Part shown: positions 40,701-51,817 of the stretch, piece after piece
How the letters are laid out: each line of letters starts with the position of its first letter
Numbering within the stretch: position 1 is the first letter of the stretch
Assembly: GCF_964204645.1 (NCBI RefSeq)
Contig: NC_134031.1
Span: forward strand, 17,347,807-17,411,806
Reading direction: 5' to 3'
Length of the DNA stretch: 64,000 bases
Source: Tubulanus polymorphus
Taxonomy: Eukaryota > Animalia > Nemertea
Translations under genes and position numbers: made by a program
Notes under the pieces: generated by a model
The model's database searches: none
What the model was told of the DNA's origin: nothing
What the model saw: the letters and a program-made list of their open reading frames with translations, nothing else

Positions 40701-41637
40701 CTACTCGATGTAAACGAATTTTCCGTTGTTGTAGAAAATTTCATTTTACATAATGGTGTTAATGGCTCGCTTAATGTACACTTATTCACTCTCGCGTAGA
40801 TGGACCTAAGTGCACTTAGACTAAATGTATTGGTATTTGCGATTAAAGCACCACTATAACATACTACGGTGGTCAGTTCTGTTATTGCAAAATCGAATTC
40901 GCGACGAATAGTACGCAGCGTTCGACAACAAGATCTGGAAATCTATTTATACGTTGTTTTTTTAAGAGCAACGCAAATAGGTCACATAGTTCCTAAACTT
41001 TTCTTCTCCTTGGAACTTAACACTTCGGCGAAAAGGATTCGAAACGTAAAAAATTAAATCTCTATGGATCGGAACAGCTTTACGGAGGCTTCGATAAAAC
41101 TCGTGTGAATTGTCTGAATGACAGATTGCATTAAATTTACGCAGATCTTAAATGCTTTTGACAAGTCTTTAGAATCCTATGCTTGTGATGTTTTGAGGAA
41201 GGCTTGATGTTACTACAAAGAATTCACAAGTTTTAAGACCATTGATTTTCGATTTTGCCGTTACTCAAGTCGTAATAGGATTAAACTCATACTGAAAAGA
41301 TTTCGTTTCATAGCTCTCTAAGACTTCTCTTAAATCATTGAACTTCAAAAATGATTTGATACACAGTTCGCTACCAATAATAGTCGAAAACCCGAAGTAC
41401 AATGTATATACGTGCACATAGCAACAATGAATATTGCGACACTGTAAAATTCTTTACACTTTTAGCTGGGAATTTTAGATAATCTTTGGCCATTTTAAAC
41501 TTTTTTTGACGCCGTATATGGCAATAATGTTGATATTGATACCTATTATGCATTATTCAATGGGTTCTGCGTGAATCGATGTGTACTACGTCATCATTAT
41601 TGGCGTTTCAAGTTAACAATTGCAACTTTTGTATTTC

Positions 41638-41775
41638 GGGGCTAGACTGGTTGCCGGTCAATTCAATTCAATTATCGATATGTTCAAATTCAAAATAACT
41701 TAATTTATCCTTAGTGTATCGCAATATATGGTTTACTTTTCCAGACGTCAATAAACTTTAAGTTAGTTTCCTTGT
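41638..41775 (-). repeat. Interspersed repeat copy B, reverse complement of 35812-35988
   Basis: GGGGCTAGACTGGTTGCCGGTCAATTCAATTCAATTATCGATATGTTCAAATTCAAAATAACTTTA...CGTCAATAAACTTTA. Confidence 0.75.
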
Positions 41776-43627
41776 TTATACTTAATACAAAGCGAGGTGT
41801 GTTTCGTCTTTACTTTTTTGAGCATTATTTATCTACATGAGCTTTATCGCGCATCAGTGAGCTGAGCCGAGATGATCCTCCACGTATTTTTCTATAGCTC
41901 AAAGTTTCTCGAGAAGATGTCGTTTGTCGTATATCGGATATCGATATCTTTCCGTCAGGTGGCTCAGAGAATACCGGCTGTTTGTCATCCTGGTGGGTGC
42001 GCGCGGTGTGGTTTCGGTGAGCGTTGATTCGATCTAGGTAACGTATAGCCCTGTTTCTCGTAATTAAAACTCGATACCGGTGCCAACCAGAAAATTACAA
42101 TAGCAATCCGTCCGTCGACTCGAATAATAGATTTTCTTTACGACTGATACCTTCTGCTGCGGGAACGCTATCCGATTCCGATGCCAAATCGGAAAAATAT
42201 CTTCGATTTCGTTTCGCCTTCGAGTTCTAGAACGATAACTTCGAGATCTGAAGTACCAAACAGCTATCGGGAAAAGGGGTTTCAGAACTGGTGCTTTTTT
42301 ACTCGTACTCCTGTTTTCGCCCGTTAAACAACTCTCGTATAGTAAGGGCATTAATCAATAGTTAAACATAGAAAAATCCAAACCTGCATACCGGTATGTA
42401 AATTGTTAGTTTTTTTTTGTTAGATATGTTACCTAAACCTGGAAAGTGCTTTTTCAAAAACGTAATATGTAAATTCAATAGCTGTCGGAACTGATAAAAC
42501 GAAACAGTTACAGCACTCAAAATTTCGAGATTTTACTGATTGTGTTTGGGATAGTGGTCTATCGGAAAATTAAGGGTTTCATACGCCAGAAACAATACGG
42601 TCCATTAGTGTGAAGCCGCTGTTCCGGCCCAGGGGAAACCTACATATTGTCTTCGGCATTGTGTCGTTTGAATAGGCCCAATTTTAATAACGCAAATGTA
42701 AACATCGGAATTGATTTCTAAAATGGATCGTTGATGAGATTGTATTGTGCTTACGAGTAGTTAGTTAGGCTTCAAATGATGTTTTTAATGTCTATCGTAT
42801 AGTCGATATTTTGATTTGTGTCATTAACTACCGACGTCGAAATTACCCCCTAGTTTCCTATCTACTCGTAACGCAGGCTTTTTAATGCGAAGCGAAGCAG
42901 CGGATTGAAAACGAGTGTAGAAAATTGAAAATCATGCCTATCATTTTGGTGGAGTATGAAAAGCGCGTGGACTGATTTCCTGTGTAACGGAGAACTTTAC
43001 TAAGACCGCGATACCTAACATTAAATTCATTTTCATGCTGATCACACTCGGCTATTAGTTTCATCGAGTGACTTTTCATTGCCGGAGTCTTCCGATACGC
43101 TCTTTCGCCGTAAATAAAAGACGACATCGAAAACGAAATTGCCTTTTAAATGACCCAGAAGGAAACGCCGCGACTGGAACGCCAGAATTACTGCGAAGCG
43201 TAATCAAATAGGCCGGAAGAACATCTTCGAACGGCACCCGGATCGATCCGTCGGATGTCGGGCGTAATATAATCTTTGACAAAAGTGGCAAAGAATAAGC
43301 ACTCAGTAAACATACCGTGTTACTGAAACCGGCGGACCTGACAAGACATATTAACTAAAGAAACCCGGTGTATTTGGTCGTATTAGTGCTAATCTGGCCG
43401 GCGTAAATTGGGTGCAAACTGGCATCAACTGAACACCAACTGGGCTCATTACGACGTATTGTAGGACAATTTCGTTGTCGTTGTACAATGCGTCATTGCA
43501 GTCATGCGTCCAAGCCGTGTATTCGCTTTTTGCGTGATGCTATATTGAATTTGGGAAGTATATCGTGACTATTTTTGAGCTATAGATATCACGGACACGC
43601 AAAAATGTAGTTTGGCGTAATTTCGGG

Positions 43628-43661
43628 TGTAAGATCACGTGCGCTGTAAGATCACGTGCGC
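43628..43661. repeat. Exact 17-bp tandem duplication containing a CACGTG E-box
   Basis: TGTAAGATCACGTGCGC x2. Confidence 0.85.
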
Positions 43662-44498
43662 GGATCTCCGCCATAACTTGAGCAGCCGTAGATTTTTCCG
43701 AGTTTCTAAGATAGACACAAAAAAACGGTGAATCGGTGAAATGATTGCCGTGTGCGTACGACTGTACACCGTTTGAAATACGATCGCGGTGATGAATATT
43801 TTCGGCGTCGTTTCTCGTAGAACATTAGTCATAATTGCATTTTATCTGCCTCGCGATTGCCGCAAAAACGAAAACAATATCGATGCAACGACGAGAAATT
43901 TAATCTCCCCGAGGTGAAACATTGATTTCGACTGAGAAAAATATAATTACAATATGAATTGACAAATGAGATCAGACTATTTTCTCGTTCTATTGTTTGC
44001 CCGGGGAAATGAAGCCGGTTACCGAGGTCTATAATGTCGCGAAGATTTCCTCGAATTATACTCGCGTGTCTTATCAGGCGAAGAATCTCCGATTGCATTC
44101 GATCAAGTTGAAAGATGAACAGTAGAAATTATTTTGTAAGTTTCTTGGGAGGCAAATCTATGTCTGTAGGCTAGCTGGTGTTGTTTTCCAGTCGGATGAG
44201 GAAATTTTGAAGTGAATTTGAATTCACGAAGAGTTCTGAAATTAATCACGAACAAAAGTCTTTTTGTGGGTTATACAATTTCTTGATCAACAATTTTCTT
44301 GTAATTCTCTCAAAGATTATTTGTTAAATCATTATATCATAAAATTGTTATTGTTATACTTTATAGAGTGCATCCCCCTCCAGGTACAGCTCTTTGGGTT
44401 TGGGGTTGTCCTCTTAAAATATGTCAATTGGTATGTTATTATCTATCATATTGTTTCTTATAGTATTAATAGTTATGTTTACATATTTGAGAAACTAA

Positions 44499-44590
44499 AT
44501 TCATCCATTAATTCATTAATTAATTCATTGATTCATACATTGATTCATTCATTCATTGATTCATTCATTCATTGATTCATTCATTCATTA
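44499..44590. repeat. (TTCA/ATTG)n microsatellite
   Basis: ATTCATTGATTCATTCATTCATTGATTCATTC... run. Confidence 0.9.
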
Positions 44591-45822
44591 ATGATCTATG
44601 TATATGCTGCATTGGTCAGTAGTTGTCCCATCATACGTAACATTACATCAATGTTCAAATATACAGAGGCGATATTTTCGATCAAACGATGGCGGATTTC
44701 ACTCGAAGTGACGATCATTTCACAGCGTGTAATCAACCGATTCTGATCGAAGTTTGATGAGATGCCGGCCGACTCCTGCGATGATGGAAAGGTCGCATGC
44801 TCTGTATAACCAGCTGTGGTAGGAAGGCGTGAAATGGCACTGTCACTGCAATTATCTGTACGGATGACTCTCGATTTGTGTCGTCTAAGGCAATCAACCA
44901 TGACCCGTGTGCTCCCTTGAATCAATTGGCCATCATCTCGTATCAGTTCTGTTAGCACAAGCAACCACACGACGGATACGTTAATAGAGCCATCGGCGAC
45001 AACCAAGACTGGTCAATCATTTTCTAGTCACCCCGATAACGCAATATCAAGTGGCATCGCTTTAATTCACTATCCAAACGATTGCTGTCGATAGTTGAGC
45101 ACTTAATCAACTTCGATAGATGAAATATTATTGGAAATTGGGTATCATTTGTATTTCCAACTTCATGGCCTTTAGGTTAGTGGGTGTTAATGCGCGACTT
45201 AGAAAACTTAGAAAAACTGGAAAATTGGGACTCAAACACCTGAGCCGCGGAATGCTAGTGCAGCGCTCCTGTCGCTGGACTAGTCATGAGATGCCGATCT
45301 TTTTTCTATTCATGATCCTAAGTTATATCATGTGTTCTCATTCAGTATCTATCAGTTCGTGCAAGTCACATGATGCATCGCTTCGACAAAAAGTTGACAA
45401 AGACCGACACAATCCTGGATACGATGTTTCAACGGTCATCGATCACCGAACAACTTCGGCGTGTGGATTTTCGCGAGACATACCGCTGGAAAGTGTCGAT
45501 GACGTGAAGTAACGCTTTGGGCGATTTTCTCCTACACAAGATTAATATTATTCTATCCGGTCATCGCACATTTAGCCCGATCGGAAAAACTCTCGATTCC
45601 CGGAAACGCGACTAATGGTCGTCTGTTGTCCAACTTCCGGTCAGTGAATGGTCAACAGTGATACGAACCTAATGCGAAACGCGTGTTATTTTCTCTTTTT
45701 GTGTGTTATATTTCCTGATGTTGTCTAGGATTACTTTTCTTCCACGTTTTGCAAGACTTGTATATTGAAATATCATGATATCTGAAGTGGTATTTTTTAT
45801 TTCCTCAGCAAACTTCCGGTCA

Positions 45823-46086
45823 CAGGCCCGTGTCGAGGGGAGGTTCGGGGGTAGTGAATGGACCCCCTCAGAAAGTCGTTGTCAAAAAATTGGGGTTATG
45901 ACTTTTTTGAAATTTTGATACAATTTTCACGTTTTTTTTTTTTGGCAAATGTAAATAATCCATTCTCAAATGATTTATGTATGTAACCGGGCAATTTATA
46001 TCCAAGATCTTTCCTTTTTCAATAGGAAAGTGCCCCTTTTCCCAGTGAAAGTAGAAGAGCACCTCAGATAGCTTTGCACTGGTCTG
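45823..46086. mobile_element. Degenerate hAT-like MITE remnant
   Basis: Starts CAGGCCCGTGTCGAGGGGAGGTTCGGGGG...GGACCCCC and ends GCACTGGTCTG; internal GTGCCCCTTTT resembles motifs in the other remnants here. Confidence 0.4.
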
Positions 46087-47265
46087 GGTCAACGAATGTT
46101 CAGTGGTGTCTGGATACCGAATGCGAAAAGTGTCTTATTTCTTTCTGTTTCGTGCTACCTAATGTTGCCTCGGATCAGCTTTACCTCCTTGTCATGTTAG
46201 ACTTATCGAAATGGACTTGATATCCGACATCGTATTTTGTATTTTCAGCCGACAGAAATGCTCGGACAACAACACGACGACATAATATCAAACGGTAATT
46301 TAGGTTTATACTAAATACGTGAGACCTTGGCTTTCTCTGGTTCATACAGGATGATACCAATCAAGCGCTATTTTGTCGTAGTGACGTGTATTTTGTCGCG
46401 CATCACCGTTAATTTGTCCTATGAGACATAGTTTAGTGCGTTAATCCTGCCGGACTTCAGATCGCAGCTGGCAATAGACTCAACTCCAATTACACCGAAT
46501 CATCGCTTAAATAAACTAACGTCAAACTGGATAATTCCTGCTCATTTCAAGTGACACGAAGGACGAAGGTTGATGGCCCTTCTGGTAATTTCCTAAAAGA
46601 TGTATACGTCATATTTGCGACATACGACCATTAGCTGGATGGGAAATCTTCCCAACCTAGAAAATAACCCGTCGTGTTTTTCTCGATTCCTAATTTGATT
46701 TGACAATGATTTAATTATTAAGAGTTTGCCTCAATCTTCCCTTATAGCCAAAGCAAAATGTCAAAGTAGACTTTTACTGATTTCGTACATATTCTTTAAG
46801 TACAATACATACGCTGCTTGTACATTTCTTCCAGTAGAAACGCTTATCTGCCGGTCTCGAGACGTTAGTTTTCCTTTTCCAGCTACAATCAAAATTTGCA
46901 GATTCATTACCGCGTGTAAACAGCCGAAATGGATATACTATAGAAGAGCAAATACGTTGGTAATTGCCTTAACATTTTTCCCAGGTAAACACTTGCACAA
47001 TTTACCTGGCAATAATTGCGTCCACCTGAAAAACCGATAAAGCAAACTTCGCCAGAAATTAAATCTCGATTAAATTCCGTCGTTGAACAAACACGACATA
47101 ATTACTCCTAAATGGTACAATGAAGACTCTGTATAAAAGAAACACTTGCTTTATTTATTCTCAAATGGCAACGTAGAAAATAGCCATTGTGAATGCAACA
47201 TAAATTGACTTAGTGCCGTGTCGATTTTTAAAGAAATTTAATCAAACTAGACGAATGGTGCCGTA

Positions 47266-47569
47266 AGTAGTGATAGGGGGTTACTATGGGCCCAGTGGTT
47301 AAATTGTGGTTGTGGTTAAATCCAAGATGGCGCCCCGTTCCAAGATGACGGCGGTCACGTGACCCCCCGTATGATTCAAAAATTGCGATGGATGCTCCCA
47401 AACAGCTGTTACACGATTACTGATGCGATAACCCGGGGCACCATCTTGGATCACATGACCGACGCCATCTTGGACGGACACCATCTTGGATCACATGACC
47501 GACGCCATCTTGGATTTAACCACAACCACAATTTAACCACTGGGCCCATAGTAACCCCCTATCACTACT
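47266..47569. mobile_element. Miniature non-autonomous element with Polinton/Maverick-like termini
   Basis: 67-bp perfect terminal inverted repeats (47266-47332 / 47503-47569) beginning AGTAGTGATAGGGGG; 6-bp direct repeat GCCGTA on both sides (47260-47265, 47570-47575); internal CCAAGATGGCG/CGCCATCTTGG repeats. Confidence 0.8.
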
Positions 47570-48649
47570 GCCGTATAAATGAATATATACTTGAATAGTT
47601 TTGGAGATTCTATAGAAGATTATTCAAAAAGAGAAGTCCGCTTTTACGAACTAAAATGACGTCATTCTTGATGGTAGTGCACATTTTCGTTTTTGCTGCT
47701 TTTCAAACTTAATCCTTGATCCGATTAAAGATCGTATTTTGTAATGGTATTAGATTTTAATTAAGTAATTGGAAACCGTGAGCAACACATCTCACGCTCA
47801 CGTAATTCATTGTTTAACATTAAGTCCATAGTTTTATGTATATTGTTGTAAGAAACTGTCTTTTAAACGTTTAAAGTTGTATTGAAAGATGACGCCAAAT
47901 GAAATTGCGAATGCCCGCGGCTCTGGTTTTATCAGCAATCATTTCGAGAGACATCGAATGTTAACCTTATAGAACTTATCTTTAAAACCGGCTCAGAGTC
48001 GAAATTGAAAATACCATTTTAGCGTTTGGACTCGGTATCGAGCAACCCGTACTTTATTATCGAGTTTCAGCAGATTCGATGCTGGGTTCTTGTCCCTGTT
48101 TTGAGGATCGAATCAAGTCGGACGAATTGAAACTTGAATGGAATATAGTAAAGCTTGGAAACACCAAGGATTTGCGATGGTCTTCGGTTTAAAAGTATCA
48201 TCGATCTGTTCCGCAAAGCAAAGCGTAGCCTATCGCCGCGGTGATTATCATAATTCGATTTTAAGGCATCCATAAATTCTCTCCGATGAAGGCGACGACG
48301 GTGACAATGAAAGCCGTACCGGTGCGAATTAATACTTGCTTGGTTAGACGGGTAGATTCGATGACGAGTCCTTGTGAAGATGGTTAATGACGCGAACTGG
48401 TATCGGGCACGAAAATCATCAAAAGATTCGCCTTATCTCTGAAGAAGTTGTTTGAACAAAACCAGTAAACGGTATTTACCTGCGTCGTAATCTGATTACA
48501 AGATAGTGATTTCTGCTCGGTCGAGTTGAAATGAACATGTCGGAATCGCTGTCTTTTCTTTGACCAGTGTCTCTCTGTGTACTGAGTACCGTCAAAGGGG
48601 CAGTTCTTATGACATTTTCCCACATCCTTCGTCAATATACACGTATTGT

Positions 48650-48965
48650 CAGGAGATGATCCAGCGAACACTGTTGAGGGTAGCAAAACTTATGAAAAGG
48701 GGCATAATCCACGACAAACAAGGTCCTTCCTCAAAATACTTTATGAATTTACTGTTTTATGGTGCAATTTCCAAGCAATGAACAAAGTCCTGGTGCAAAA
48801 TACTTTCTACAAAATTTGCTGCATTGAGAGCTGCCAGGCAGTAAAGACGAAATTGAGAAGAATGGTGCAATATCTTTTTGTTGAAAGTTTATCCCTTCGC
48901 CCTCCTATTTTTTCTTGAAAAGAGTCCGAACTCAAAGTTTATCAAAAAAGGCCCAAGGGACACAG
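48650..48965. mobile_element. Second, truncated copy of the 36692 MITE family
   Basis: CAGGAGATGATCCAG...TGTTGAGGGTAGCAAAACTTATGAAAAGGGGCATAATCCACGACAAACAAGG aligns by eye to 36692-36780; right end approximate. Confidence 0.6.
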
Positions 48966-51817
48966 CAAATTACTATTGAAATATAGAATAAACCAATCCA
49001 ATGAATAAAATGGACAATCACTATTTCAAGATAGAAAAAAAAACTTTGAAAAGATATCGTTTCATAGGTGTAAGGTTCTACTTAAATCTTCTTTCATGAT
49101 TTTAGAGCTCAATCTGTTTTCATTGTAAGGGAAACAGAAGTTAACGCGCCATTGGTAGACATTTCCGAGCATTTTGTATAAAGCTTTGCACAAAGCTGTT
49201 TTAGCGCACTCAGCTTTGTCTCATGTTCCCCTCAGAGACAAGGTTTTGCTTTCGTCGACAACACATGTAAATAACGAAAAAGATTAAATTTTTCATCAAC
49301 TAGATACGAACCCGACGGGTGAATGAAATTTCCAATTATCCGCGTCAGTTTGGTATTATATTAAAAAGGATTTGCCCGGCACAAAGGTTTCATACTCATT
49401 AAGGCTAAACGTGTTATTCATAGATACGCGTGAATTTATGGTAATATAATGTGAGGATTTGCTCGGATTCATGCTTGAATTAAAGTGTGAATTAATTTCT
49501 AATGTATCCTTCCGCCTGGAAAACACTCTATCATCGAAACTTTTTCGCCCGTAATCTAATATGAAATATGCATTCATTCTTAAAGAAGACTTCAGTAGAA
49601 TCTACTGAATGTAATACAATCTAAAATATGCAAAATGCATGTCCTTTGCAACTCACTAGCAGTATGTGTGTTTGGTATTTTTTGTGCGTTAAACTGTATT
49701 AAAACATTATATATATTATATTAAAAAAACAGAAAAAGATCGATTCCAAAATAATGTAATCAATAGATGAATGTACCAATCTATTCTGGTATATAAAGGA
49801 TTCAGACGGTATCATTGGTTAACGCAATGAATGTCTTATTCCCATTTTCAAACGTCTATATAGAGCTTAAAACGCACGCAACTGCAATGAACAGAATGTC
49901 TATGTCTTCCTTTGAACAAACGAGTACCTGATGATTAGAAAATCCCATGTCATTTACTCCCAATTTTCAGATAAAACAAACGAAATGGAAATGAACCCTT
50001 TTCAAGTCTGAGTGGCTTGGGAACTTGTTAAAATTTAAATTGAAGCGATGCCTGGTTCTGATATCGACTGAAACTCTAGATTAAGTTTTCGATGGGTTGT
50101 AAATGAACTTCCCCCGAGACGGGCATGGTTGGCAAATCATACCAATTAACAATCCCAGCGGTATTCAAAGATGTCAGGTTTCTATTTCATGTTTTCGCGC
50201 TTCCGTCGTAGGATATATCTGCGGATTTTTTGTGCAGGGTACTTCAATCGTCTGTCATGCGGTTGCGCGCGCAGTTCCCTCTCTCCGGACAACGCTCGTC
50301 AGATAAAATAAAGATCAAAATATTTCCGAATGCGATTATTGTAATGAGATTGAAATAGATCGACACGAAATGCGGATTTAATCTGACAACGATGAGAATT
50401 TATGAAGTTCTGCTATTACATTTGAGAATTTCAATTGTCAGTTGATAGTCTCTCGGGCTCTCTGATAACGCACCAGTTTCGGGTTCGGTTTTCAGCCTCG
50501 CAAAGATTACCACAGATCTTATCGGAGCAATTTAAATGACAGTTGTAAATCCCTAAATTCATCCCTCGAGCGCTACAAGAAATTTCAAATAAATGTTTCA
50601 ATGTCTGAATATGCATATATTTTAAGATCTATCGTAGTTTCATCGTGGATGTGTCCATTTCAAAACAGAATTCAGCTATTTCTCTGTAGCATCAGAAAAA
50701 CGCATTCATCTCTGGCCAGGTAGACCAATTACATTTACATATTGCCACGGGTAATTTCCATGTGGCTAAAACCAAAGGAAGGAAGTCATTTTCTCGCACT
50801 AACTACACCGTCAAATATTTGCATAATCTCGACTCTGAATTTTTCGCTATGCCCGAGAGGATTGACATTCATCCTCATAGTTTTCCGAACCCTGGTAGAG
50901 TTGGTTCATCTTCGTAAAAATGCGTTTTTAGTGACTTACTCGAAACGGTTAAAATTGAAAACTCTGAAAATGTTTTTAAACCCACTGCTTGTTGCAACCG
51001 GTACGGCGTGTCAATCCGGCATTCCGAGGACAGATTTAGAATTATTTGGGTGGAGGTCCAGCGAAGTTAAAAGGACCATGTGAAATGTTACTGCAGGAAC
51101 AAATTGCTAATAAGCCAAGCAGCCATCATCTATAAAATGTAGCCTTATAGAAAATTACAACTGTCTTTTTTATTAGATCGTTCGACGTGTTGTCCAGAGG
51201 CTGTGCACGGGCCTGGACGTGGTCCAAACTCCCTCCTAGACGCTTTACTGGACACGTATTGCTTATATACAGGCTTTTTCACTTGATTGCATTCGAACAT
51301 CGGACTTTTAAGTTTTACGAATGGGATAAACTTTTTAATAGATCGTTAATCAAGTTTTTAAATACAGGAAGCTGTAGAAACGTTTTTGAGAATCAGGACG
51401 CGGTCCGCTAATTTTAGTTTATTCTAGTTTAGTTTATTTCCACCAGATGTCAGGTGACATCGGTACGATTAGGCCTACATTTACAAAAGAAATCTGGCGT
51501 GACACCCTTTACAAAATCAAACAATCTAAATAATTTTTGGGAGAACAGATATCTAAAATATATAGTTTACTAAAAGAAAAGGCAACAGGTCTTTTTGATA
51601 ATTCTTAATGAAGACAATTGCCCGGACATTTGTCGCAATTTCGTTTTAGTTGGTACCGGTAATATTTATTTGGGATAGAGCAAGATAAGACCGGCTGGTG
51701 GCGACGATAGCGGTATTTACTAAAACTACATTATCACATGATACCATTATTACAAAATGGTGGACGCCCCGAACTTTTAGTTTTTAGTTGATTTTCACGT
51801 TCAAACGTTCTATTCGA

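Noticed and set aside
44596-45512. 136-aa (-) and 130-aa (+) ORFs next to the TTCA microsatellite
   Set aside because: Translating alternative frames showed no transposase, RT or other motif. A decayed TE fragment remains possible but is unsupported without TBLASTX.
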